DNA of 64,000 nt. Origin: Hormiphora californensis (taxonomy: Eukaryota > Animalia > Ctenophora). Every line of letters starts with the position of its first letter. Within the stretch, counting starts at the first letter, position 1. Position numbers and translations under genes: made by a program. Shown here in pieces: positions 12,001-24,000 of this stretch. The notes beneath the pieces were generated by a model, which did no database searches, was not told the origin of the DNA, and saw nothing but the letters and a program-made list of their open reading frames with translations. The stretch is taken from contig CM035351.1 of NCBI GenBank assembly GCA_020137815.1, positions 4,216,001 through 4,280,000 on the forward strand. Reading direction: 5' to 3'.

Positions 12001-15000
12001 AGTACAAACAAAATAACGGAGATGACACACCCCATGAATATTCCGACCTCGAACTGTTGCCAGTTCGATGTTACCTCCCTTGAACTGAACCTACCGAAGA
12101 CTCCAGAAAAGTAACTCAGGACTATGTCCACGATCGGCTGTGGAACTCGATAGAACCGGAGAGCCTTGACGATCAAGAGGTGAGACACGGCACCATAGGC
12201 ATTCGCCAAATCCAACCAGACCACCGACAGGTCCCGCCTCATAATCCTTGCGTCCTTCAAGGTCTCCCACATAGCCCCGAAGTGTTCCACACATCCACTT
12301 ACCCCGGGAACACCACCTTTCTGGATCCGCCTATCCACGTACCCATTCTCTACCACAAACTCTGTTAAGCGCCTCGCAAGTGTCCCTAGGTAGATCTTTC
12401 CCTGGACGTTACCTAAGGAAATCGGTCTACCAGTCGCCGGAGTGAAATCCCCTTCCCCCTTGGGAATGTACACTCCTTCAAACCAACGACAGTTTTCTGG
12501 ATATCTCCGGTACTTAAAAGCAGACTTGTTCAAGTTCCACAAGTTCCGGGAAATCTTAGGACACCGCTTGTACACCAAGTATGGGATGGCATCGGGACCG
12601 ATGAGGTCTCATTGTCAATTGGTAACCACTTTTCATTAGAGGATACCATGGTACGTGATACCACACCGTGATTCTGATTTTTCACTCTCTCAGTTCTCAC
12701 TCGTACTCGCTCTCTATCTCGCTCTCTCTATCGCCTATGGTCTAGTTGGATACGTGACACGAATCACTATAATTAAAGGTCCTCCCAAACTATTATGTCC
12801 CTTGCTGCGCGCGACCGGATTTTAGACAGCCATAGCTCCACTCCCTGATGAGATAGAGACTTGAAATTTGTTTTGTGAGGAGATCATGTCGAGTTCTTCC
12901 TACAAAACAAATTTCAAGTCTTTATCTCATCAGGGAGTGGAATTATGACCGTGGGAAATTTCACAAAACCCGAGTGAGGGACATAGTAGTTTGGGGAGTA
13001 CTTTAGGGGAGGGTGATTCGGTCTCTTTACAGCCGATACGTGATACGAAACACTATTAGGGGAGGACGATTCGGTCTATCTCCCGCTTTAGTCTGGTTAG
13101 ATACGTGATCCCTTGCAGCCTTTTATTGCAGCCTTTTATTGCAGCCTTTTATTGCAGCCTTTTTCTGCAGCCTTTTATTGCAGCCTTTTTCTGCAGCCTT
13201 TTTCTGCAGCCTTTTATTGCAGCCTTTTATTGCAGCCTTTTATCAGGAGCGAAGTTCTACTCACCTGCCAATTTTCGAATGGAAATTTTTCCTTTCCATG
13301 AGATTTTTGAGAAAAATTTGCGGGTTTTCCCCGAAAAATCGCAAATTTGCCTCAAAAATCTCAAAAATCCCACGTTTTTTAGCCAAAAATCGAAAATCCC
13401 AGCTACCCCGAAAATCGCCAATGAGGCATGAGATTCTTGCGGCAGGCCCCCCCCCCCCCCCTATAGAGCGTCAATTATATGGAGCACACTACCCAGTGAA
13501 GTGAACTTAGCGGCCGACCTGTGAGCAACTGACGCCTATTATACACGAGGGCGATAACAAGAATAACAAAAAATGTCCAACAAGCGAGTGTCCAACCTGG
13601 TCCAAAACTGTACTGCAACTGCTGCATAATTGTCACAAACAGTTAATGGAAGACACTAGCGTGGTGCGTGTGGGGGAATGTTCGCCGCACCAATTTCGTT
13701 TTTGAAGGGATTGCAAGAAGAGTTTTTCGGGATCGACTTTTCACGTTTTGGCTCGTAGCTCCTGTTCCTGGTGGGATGGGGACTTCGGGCCTTCGCCGTT
13801 CGATGGGGTTCCCTTTCCGGCGGTGCCCGGGCGATTTCTGTGGCTCGTCGGGGGGGGGGGGGGGGCTTAAGGGGTTATTGTCATGGTTGATCGTGTCTCC
13901 GGTTCCTGGTGAGCTGAGGGGGTCGCTTGGGTGCCATTGGAGGGGGATCCGGGTTCAGGCCCCATCGGGTTGCGAGGGCCGAGGGTTTGTGGTCTTTGTC
14001 TCACCAGGAACGGGAGTTGTGGGCTGTGAAGGGTTGATCTTGAAAAACTTTTTTGCAGGTTATTTTTGAAAACGAGGTTGGTGTGGCGCACATTTTTTGT
14101 GCGTACCACGCTAGTGTTTCCTACTAAGTCATTCAATTATTACTGGTATACACTTTCTCCAAATCTTCCACGCCCACTCCCCCATACTCCGGTATATGGT
14201 GCTGTAGAAGATGGGGTTTAGAAGGCTGTTGCTAGGCAGCACCGCTAAACTAAACACCTCGTAGATAACACCAGGCGGGGCTGCTGGGTTAATCCAGCTG
14301 TAGTAGAGAACGGTCATGATGTAGGACAACCAAGCGACTGTCTGGCTTCCTATTAGCAGAGCGAGCTTTATAGCGAGCTTACCGACGTAATCGTTGTTAT
14401 TTGACCCACTTTCGGATGCGGAATTGAAGCTAGCCACCAAGATGGAAGCATAGGAGACCGTTAAGATGATAATTAGCACGCCAATAATCACACAATATCC
14501 GATCTTGTAGTAGATGTAGCTGGCTTGGTTTTTAAAGATGTTAGCAACACACAAAGGGCTGTTTCCATAGTAACCAATACTTATGTAATCAAAGATTGAC
14601 GGCTTCGAAGTTATTTCGCGTAGGTCTGCAAAAATCTTCTCGATCCCCAGGAAATTTTCACCAGTATCAGCTGAACTACCATTGGTTTCGATAGTATCAA
14701 AGGCAAGAGAGTGCATCCTCCTTAGATGATCCTCGCTATACCGATTTATTAAGGGATTCTCTGGGCCGGAAGTTAACAGGATATCCGTCCGGAATACCCT
14801 CTGGATTTCCGACAAGGGGAGCGCTGGAAGGATGGCATGGACAAGGTTTAGTACTCCGAGCACTAACGAAATAACCCAAATGGCCCTAATGGAGATATCC
14901 TTCACCAAATCCAAACATGTCATAAACCGTATGGCGCTCATCATGGTTATGAGGAGGAAAGACCCGTGAGAGGAGAAGGAGAAGAGGCTTCCAAGTGCAG

Positions 15001-18000
15001 CACAGGCGAAGCTTGACCTCCATTGGCCATCCAACTGGCAATACTCCCCTCTTACACGAAGACCTACTGCCGAGACCACAAGTGTTACTAGATACAAGCC
15101 CATCAAGAGATCATAAAATGCCACTTGAATCCTGAAAACCCTATCGATTTTCCCGGGTTTGTTGTCGGGGATCTTTTGGATTGTTTGGTATCCTACTTTG
15201 ATGTTCAGTAGCACGATAGCGACCCCTCCGGTAAGGGCGAGGACACATAACACTTTCGATCGAATGAGAAAGGTATCTGAACTGAGAAGGCCAGCAGGAC
15301 ACCCAACACACTCATCTATACCATTGGCACAGTCCTTGATTCCATCACAGACCTTTTCCTCGTCAATCCATTTTAACTCTTGTAGAGTTGTATTAGTCCC
15401 ATTGCAATAGAACCTATCTGGACAAAACTTTTCATCGAGACCATTAGAGCAGTCAAATACACCATCGCAAATTTTGCCGAAATCACTTAGAGTCTCGAAA
15501 TCGTTTCCTGTGAACATACAGTGAAATTCCAGAAATCGGATATATTTTTCCGTTATACCTAAACTACCACATAAATCAAACAGCCATGTGTTTGTTGTGG
15601 AATTAGTTGTAACATTCACATAGGGTCCCACGATTTCGATGCACGTCTCCTTAACACCTCTACCACCAGTGAAACCAGCTTCCAAAATATCGTTGTAGTA
15701 CTCAGCGAGAGTGTTCTGAAGTATCAGTACAGTCGAATTACCATGTTCCGGGTCGCTGCAGTGAGAGGTTGACTTGTTATCACAAGATAGAGTCGATAAT
15801 GTTGGTGCAATGGCACACACCTCTTTCTTAGGAATGCATGCAGTGTATGACTTATCGGGAAGACACCGAACTGTCACGGCCCCGCTACACATACACTCGT
15901 CTGTGCCTCCCTCACAGTTGGCTACACCATCACACACTTGGGAGAAAGGAATGCAACCACCCAGCTTCCCTGGACAGTAGAATACTGGTTTCCCACCACA
16001 TTGGCACTCATCAGTCAAGCAGGCACTGACACCGCTGCAACGAGGATGCTTCTCTTGTAATGGACTAAGACTTAAACTACAAGTGATCTCAATCGATGGG
16101 TGTAGCTGCATAAATTTGTTCCACGCCCTTCTTTGTTGTCCAGACATATAAACAGCACCCAATTCCATTGCCACCTGAAATAAATCAACATTTCCCCGAC
16201 ACGTCATCAAGGAGTTATCACCAGCTCCATCGCTACCTGTCCAGTTTAGAAGTGTCCAGTTTTCTTGATCAAATTTCAGCTGATTAACAACTCCCTCGAC
16301 ACATGTTTTCGATTCTAACTTTCCTTTGTTGTAGTCTATTGGCATCAGGATCTCGGCTTTGATGTTGAACATATCACTTGATACGAGGGACACCAGGAAC
16401 AGAGAAATGAACACCTTCATAACTCGATAACGTTAGAAATAAATTGTTCAGTGGTCTTTATAAACTCGCTCTGTTCGTAAGGTGAGAAATCCGTTCTCTC
16501 TCACTTCAACTGGCTTTTAGCAGTTCTCGTAGCATGTGATCCCTTTGTGATTGGCATCGGTAACTTTGGTCCCAGAGATTCGAGTTATTTATAAATGCAA
16601 AATAATGGGGTGAGTTACCGAGAACTCAATATATTATCGCAAATCGATATAACATGTATAAGATCGTCACACCGCTCAAAGAGCTTGGTAGAACGTCGGC
16701 GAGAAAAAAATCGCGAGTGGGTGAGAAAAAAGCGGGTTGGTGAGAAAAAAAACGCAACGAGAAACACATTATATTTGCTCAATTACTTTTGAGATTTTTG
16801 AGATTTTTGTGGTAAATTAGCACAATTTTGGCTGCCAATACTCAGTTTTTCGACATATTTTTTAGCTTAAAACTGAATCATAATATCAATTTAGTAGGGT
16901 AAACCGGGGCAAAATGGTTAACTTTTTACTTAATCGATTTTTGGTAAAAAAATACAAGGATTGTTTCTATTCCAAATTTTTGAATGGAAATTTTTCCTTT
17001 CTATGAGATTTTTGAGAAAAATTTGCGGTTTTTTCCCCGAAAAATCGCAAATTTGCCTCAAAAATCCCACGTTTTTTAGCCAAAAATCGAAAATCTCAAA
17101 AATCCCAGCTACCCTGAAAATCGCCAATGAGGCATGAGATTCTTGCGGCAGACACCCCCCCCCCCCCCCCCCCAGAAAGTGAAATTGTGGACCTAAAGTT
17201 ATCCAACAAAAGGTTGTTTTTTGGGGAGATATGATAACCTCAAATATCTGAACAACTATATAATGGCTTAGACCTCTGAAACTTTGAATACTTGGTCTCC
17301 TTGATAAGATCTATCGATTGGTACCATTTTCATCTGTGTAGGTGACATAAATACACGCTTTTTTGAGGTTTACATTCATTTTGGGCGAAAAGTTAACTTC
17401 AAAAAACAGGGCCTCCTGATACACTTGGTGCACAGCTACCCTATCCAAAACTTACCTACCTCCGAGTTACATCACATATGTAAACCTCAGAAAAGTGCAT
17501 TTTTTGACCCTCGGACCCCCCCTCTGGCCTTAACATGATTACCTTACAGCAGGTGAGAGGGTTACCTTACAGCAGGTGAGAGGGTTACCTTACAGCAGGT
17601 GAGAGGGTTACCTTACAGCTGGTGAGAGGGTCACCATGGTTACCTTACAGCAGGTGAGAGGGCTAACATGGTTACTTTACAGCAGGGGGGGGGGGTCCAG
17701 CCCTAAAAAAGCTAAAGGTAACCCTGATTTTGGTCGATGGCTTTTTTATGTTGGCTTATAATTTAGCTTTTTTTAGCCCTACCTTTTTCAGCATTCATCT
17801 TGACACTTTTCCATTGAATTTTCATCCTTCCGGACGCCTACTGATTGTATTAATTGTTCATTTCCTGCACCTTTTTTTACCATAATCTACCGTTTATGTC
17901 CATACATAGCAGCTTCTGTATCCACCCCTACTGTCATTTTCTGGAGAGATTTTTTCGATAACAAGAATATTTGCACTATGTATCCATAGTGCTGTATTTC

Positions 18001-21000
18001 CCCGCAATTGGCATGTGACACTCCTAATTACATCCCATTACCCATGACCTAATGAGATTCTGAAAGGTGAGACAGAACAGTGCAGGTGATGAGCTGCCTA
18101 ATTAGGCTCCTTTTCTAGTCTATGTGATCTCCACTCAACTGACCTCATCATACTATTATCCTTATTATAAAGTACAAATGAACGTCGTGATGATGGTGAC
18201 CTATCCTAGCACGTGCAAATAGTGGGGGGTTGTCAAGGAGGTGCCATAGCCCAGCTACGCATCGGGTGATTGAAGGCTGCACGTGCGGGTTGGTGCAGTG
18301 GGTGAGAGGGGTGCTCCTGGGTTAGGGAGTGGGTATTCGGGTCAACGGGTGCTCTACTTCAACGGGTTTTCTAGTCCTTATTATAATAAGCAAATGCGTG
18401 GCGTGATGGTGATGATGTAGTATCCACACGTGCAAATGGTGGGGGGTTGCCCTGGGAGGTGGCTTGGGAGGGGTATTGGAGGGGGATACTGCACGTGCAT
18501 GTTATTGTTTGTTTGTTGCGTGTTCCTGTGTTGTTCCTGTGGTGTTTTGTGATCTACTGATGGGACCTCCATGATTGCCAAAGCCTTTCTACCTACGTAC
18601 CCCGTTGATTCTCTACACAGCTACACTTCTACGGATCTTTATCGCCTGATTCTACATGTTATTCAGCGGGATTTCCATTGATGTTTATCACCAGCGCTCT
18701 ACCACTACCAAGTACCAACCTCCGTATTCTTTACCCCAACATGGAGAGATGAAGAGTAAGAGGGGGGGGCCGGGGGGGGGGGCATAGAGACGGGTGGGGG
18801 GGGGGGTGTTGTAGGACTTAACAATGGGCTTTCTAGTTAAAGCAAATAGGGAAATCCCATGTCCCGTTTTTTTAACCAAATATGGCACAAAATTCCTGGA
18901 AATGGCCTTTTGCACGTGTTGTCCCTAGAGGGACCCTGGCAACCTGCCAGCTTGAGCCTTAAACTGCACGTGCATCCTTGATTCATCTCTCTGCCGGTTG
19001 TGTGATTGATCGTTTGCTCGATTTGATCTGTTCACCACGTTTCGTGAACATGACTACTCAACTTCAACACAATCGCCAGCGAGTTTGGAGGAGCCATATG
19101 TCCCAAACTGGCGCTGACGCCTATAGACTACGTGATAGAATCCTACAAAAGAGGTGATTATTATTCAAAAAATGTTGTCAACACACGTAATAACAAAGTA
19201 TCAATGGCACTAATAAGAAATGACAGTAATACGTGAAAGTATTTTGAAAATGTGCTCCTTCATAAAATACTTCAGGACCTGGCAAAAGAGGACCCGTGGT
19301 TTTTCCGTCGAAAGAATCCCTGTGGTTAATTTACCTGATAAATTTACTGATTTTAAAAATTTCAAATGATACTACACTATTTGCTTAGTTTACTGTATGA
19401 CCATTTACCATCCCCGACATTCGCCCGTAGGGCGAGCGGGCTTACTAGTGTAATCAATGACAATACCAGTGTGCAATTGTAATGACGAACACATGACGAA
19501 CAATGAACGTTATGAATTGCAAACAGGAAGGTGCGCGCGGCGCCGGGCTGTGCGTTCTAATGAAAGTGCGTCATTTCAGCACTGTAATAACTTTGCGGGC
19601 GTCGCCTTCGTAGACAATTTGAATTAGAGCGTGTGTGAAGTATTTCAAATGATATTTTGAGCACTCTGCACTGGATGGTTGCTATGGATGGGTTACGTCA
19701 CGGGACAAAAAAGTGTGACACTTCACTAGTATGTTAAACTTGTCGAATTCTAAACCCCTATGCCTCTTTGCAAAAGGCATCCGGGTGAATGCCTTCGGCA
19801 TTCACCCGGGCGGGGAAAAAATATTATTCAAATTTGATAAAAACAGTTTTAAAAAGTTTTAAAGAAGTTCAAAAACGCTATAAAACGTTATTATATAAGT
19901 TTAAAAAAATTGGTGTCAGCGGGATTCGAACCTAGATATAATGAATCCACTAAAAACTCAATTTTAGCTTTTTTAGGTTTTTTAGCTTTTTTAGCCTATA
20001 AAAGGCTAAAAAAGCTTAAAAAAGCCAATGGTACCCTGATTTTGGCCGATGGCTTGGCTTTTTTAGGGCTGGACCCCCCAGCAGGTGAGAGGGTTACCTT
20101 ACAGCAGGTGAAAGGGTCACCATGGTTACCTTACAGCAGGTGAGAGGGTTACCATGGTGAAAGACACATGGTATCAGGTGATTAATCTGTGAATGTTTTA
20201 GAGAAACAGCATGAAACATGGCTGAGTATTGTATAAAACACCAGAACCTCTCCTGTCATCCCCATGCTATCCTTCAGGAAGTAGTGAGCTATCTTCTCAT
20301 TGCACATTCCTAGTTGTAGCAGGTGTTGTGTGGTCGTGACATCAAACTGCCTCTTTTGTAGTCTGGCTTGTTTGTAGAGGTCTTCTTGATCTCCAAACTG
20401 CCTCTTTCGTAGTCTGGGTGATTTGTAGGCATCACTCCCATCACCTCCTGCCATCTGTCTCCTCTGCAGCTTGTGACAATGTCTCAGCAAGTACGCGTCA
20501 CCCCGGTCCCCCGCTAGCTGCCACAGTGGGTTATCGAAGCAGCCATCCCAGGACGGGATGTTATCACATGTTATATTTCTAGTGGCACGAGTGTAGTAGC
20601 TGACCAGCCAGGGCTTCTTTTTACAGTGGCGCCGAGTGTAGTGGTGCAAAACTTTGATCCCGCACTCAACCGATATCTTGAAGTGGGAGATGGAGGCAAA
20701 CGTGTTGAATGCTGAAGCAAAAAACTCTGTAGGAGACGGTATGTGCTTCTTACATACCAGATCTACCATAATCTTCCCTACCACTCGGATGTTTGGAGAG
20801 TCGGGTGCCACCTGATATGGCCAGGTAGAATAATCTCCGGAGCAATAATACATCTTGATCATAGGCATCAGGAAGCTGATCTCGTCCTCTGTCGGGTAGA
20901 AACAAACCAGTCTGGGGAGGGAGACAATTATCTTGACAAAGGTAGATACGCTGAGTGTGTGGTGCTCGAGACAGGGTAGGTACAATTTTAAGCTTTTTAG

Positions 21001-24000
21001 TTACTTACGGTAGTTGAAGAAGGAAAAATGTAAATCTCAAAGTCATGGCGAAGCAAGAAAATCGGGGAAAGACCCTGTAATAATAACGCTAACATGTGAA
21101 AATATGTGGCTAATGATGGTCGCGTCACGCGTATGCTAATATGTACAGATCTGTAGTTTCTCAGATGATTTTGGTAGCGACAGATCTGAGCGACAGATCT
21201 GTACATTATAATATACCTGACCATCATTAGCCAAATATATTTTCACAAGTTAGCGTTATTGATTTGGGTCAAATCATGAAATGTTGGTTTTAGCATAAAA
21301 TATTGGTCACTCATCATGAGTCATGAGTCATCACTGGCCGAATAAAACTGATTAAATACCAATTAATTCCCAATTAATTACTAATTAAACACAACTTATT
21401 ACAGGTGATGGACCACTGCTTAAAAGCCCCGCCGTCAGCATCAAACTGCGTGGTACAAACCCACGATCTACACTACGTTGACTCCTGGAAGGGTGACGAA
21501 TCCCGGAGTGAGGAGAAAGCTCGACACGAGGCACTTTTGGCGAAGATCCAACTCTCGCCGGAACACGAGGATTATAACTTGTGTAGGATCGGGCAGTACT
21601 TCTACTACTCTCTAAACTCTGAAAATGAGGAACGGGTAGGTGTGCAAATTAGTATGGGATATCCGCTTATTAATGCAATGAGTCTTTGGAGTTGCCTTCA
21701 GCCTTCACATAAATCATATCATGGGAGAGGCCCAAATGCAGGTAATAACCCCTCTCACTACTATTGTTAGTACTTGAGCCAGGCGCCTTCGGGGCGCAGT
21801 GCGAGGTACAGTCGAACCAAACCAAACCCCTCTATTGTTAGGAAGTGACGTGTCGAGATATTTCTGCTCACAGCAGCATCAGCAGTATTGGTTCCCGACC
21901 TTCCCATTACCGGTCATCCTCTTCATCCATCCCCGACATGGACAATCCGGTAAGAAGTTAGAAGGGGGATTGTTGGTTAGTACACAGGTACAGTGTGTTA
22001 AAACTTTTTGGACAATCCGGTAAGCAAGGGGTTAGGACTCAAAAATGTCTTGTAAATTGGGGGATAAGCTCTGTTAGAGTTGTTCCTAATAACAGCAGCC
22101 TGCAGTAGTCCCTCTTGGTTGACATGTATACTCCATCAGATGTTGACAAAGTGCTCAGAAAAGCCGTGTTCCCAGTTTTGGCTCATCCTCAACGTGTCCA
22201 TGATGCAGTTCCAGGTAAGCACAATCCAAACATCTAGTCTATCCCTTTCTTTCTTTCTTTCTCTCTCTCCCTCGTCCTTTCTCACCCTCTCTCTTCCTCT
22301 CCCTCCCACCCTCTCTCCTCCACCCCTCATACCCACCACACAATCTCCTCAGGTTGCGTTCCACACGGCGGACAAGGCCACTATGGACCAGGTGAATCAA
22401 GATGTGGTAAATGGTATAGTGGAGCAGACTCGGCACCTAAATAAAGTGCAGAATCAGGAGATGTTACTGGCCCAAATGGTGGATCCCAAGATATGCCCTC
22501 CCGAACTGTTACCCGGCTGGAAATCAAATACTGATCAGGTACTGAATCGATATAATAAAGGTCCTTTAGTTTTAATATTATCATCAGGCCCTGATCAGGG
22601 ACTCACATTGAAGGGATGTTCCTAAATCCTACCCCTCCGGCCTCCCTGACTCCTTTTTTGAGTTCTGGCACGACTAAAAAAGCTGTGTCAAAGCAAAACA
22701 TCTTGTTAAATGAACGGTTGACATGACCCATATTGTCCTCCAGGACTATGTGTGTGATATAGTTCACGTGATAGGGGTCCAACTGTGGGATAAAAATGAG
22801 ACAGAGGGACTCCGAGAAATCAAGGAGAGTTTGAACCTAAAGAATTTCAAGTGCGGGAACACAGACCAGGATGTTTACACTTATAACCTTGACGAGAAGA
22901 ATAACCGTGATAGTGAGTGCTCTCTTTCCCTCCCTCACCTTAGTCTCTCTTTAGTAAAAGTAACGATCTCACATTATGAATGTAACACTTTGTTCGCTCT
23001 CCAGTGAGATCAACATTCTACTTCCAACTACCGGAACCCACCGCTAAGGTCCCTCCTACGTCATCAGATTCCCCCAGAAGAAGTGGAAACAAGAAACTAG
23101 AGATTAATGTCCGGGGGTTGAGGCAACCTGATCCAGAAAAACAGGACCCTCTAGACAACTTTGTGCAACAGAAATTAGAGGAGGCAAAAGTAGTGGATAT
23201 AGCACTCAGACTGAACAGGTACATACCTTAATTCTTCACTTTGTAACCCCCAGACAGCTCATCATATCTTCCCGTATCTTCATGTAATTAAAAATTATCA
23301 TGATTTGACGTGCAATGCTCCGGTGCTCCTAATTCTACTAACACAGTCTCGTAGGACGTCCTAACAAACAAACACACACGATTTCCCTTTCAGGAACAAC
23401 CAGACTAAATTGAATGTCGAGGAAATAGCATTCCTGAGTCCTAAGAGTAAGAAAGTCCAGCGAACCCTGTACTGTCGTATACCCGAGTACTGCTACCAGT
23501 TTCTGCCCTACTTCTGGTTTTACCTTAATCAGGTATTTAATTAATTAACTGACCAATTAATTAATAGGACGGTATGTGACGTGTGAAAGAGATCTGTGTT
23601 TACTAACGTGTTCCACTCTCCACAGCACTTGGTACAAGAGAAGTTGTTCCTGGCACGTTACGAACCCAATAACCCTGATAGGATTATCTTCCTAAACGAG
23701 ACTACAGGGGCGCCTGATTGTGCTAGGGATTGTGAGGTGTATATCAAGGTGAAAACAACAAGTCCAGACTTCAGAATGAAACACCATGGCCGGCACCAAC
23801 ATGGTAATAACGGGGAATAATTGTAGTTAGTTATAGTAATTAGGGAGTAATTAATAAGTAATTTGTTAGTAATTATTAGGTAGAAAATAATTTGAATTCA
23901 TTGGAGACATATATTTATAACACGCTCCCCTCTCTTCAGAAGACCGACAGTCCGGTATCAAGTCTGCTACTCCTGAACATTTCAATACTGGAGAGTGGGG

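Larger units (their letters stand above)
8182..13269. mobile_element. Foldback element 'B' with long TIRs and 8-bp TSD (Merlin-like)
   Basis: Termini GGCAGGTGAGTAGAACTTCGCTCCT / AGGAGCGAAGTTCTACTCACCTGCC; TSD AATTTTCG at 8174-8181 and 13270-13277; the equivalent site is empty in the second A copy (~16975); arms ~550 bp with 13-bp AATAAAAGGCTGC arrays. Confidence 0.88.
7860..13461. mobile_element. Poly-G/poly-C-ended non-autonomous element 'A', split by element B
   Basis: Termini G(n)CTGCCGCAAAAATCTCA and TGAGATTCTTGCGGCAGG-C(n); TATAGAG is duplicated at 7853-7859 and 13462-13468; a second uninterrupted, left-truncated copy lies at ~16775-17173. Confidence 0.8.
7805..17529. mobile_element. 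TTAA-flanked non-autonomous DNA transposon (Kolobok/piggyBac-like) carrying nested elements and a GPCR gene
   Basis: TTAA at 7801-7804 and 17530-17533; imperfect TIRs AGCCAGAGGGGG..AAAAAGTCACTTTT versus AAAAGTGCATTTTTT..CCCCCTCTGGCC; the minisatellite resumes on both sides. Confidence 0.7.
17686..20078. mobile_element. Poly-G/poly-C-ended element 'C' inserted in the donor minisatellite
   Basis: TIR G(n)TCCAGCCCTAAAAAAGC / GCTTTTTTAGGGCTGGAC(n); CAGCAG(G) on both flanks; a subterminal direct repeat CCCTGATTTTGGYCGATGGCTT lies near both ends. Confidence 0.8.

Noticed and set aside
10236-12639. Plus-strand ORFs overlapping the RT gene
   Set aside because: Antisense shadows of the retrotransposon ORF with no recognisable motifs.
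12843-12870. CTGATGAG..GAAA as a hammerhead ribozyme (also 38164)
   Set aside because: Stem II cannot form, and the bases are one arm of a DNA palindrome.
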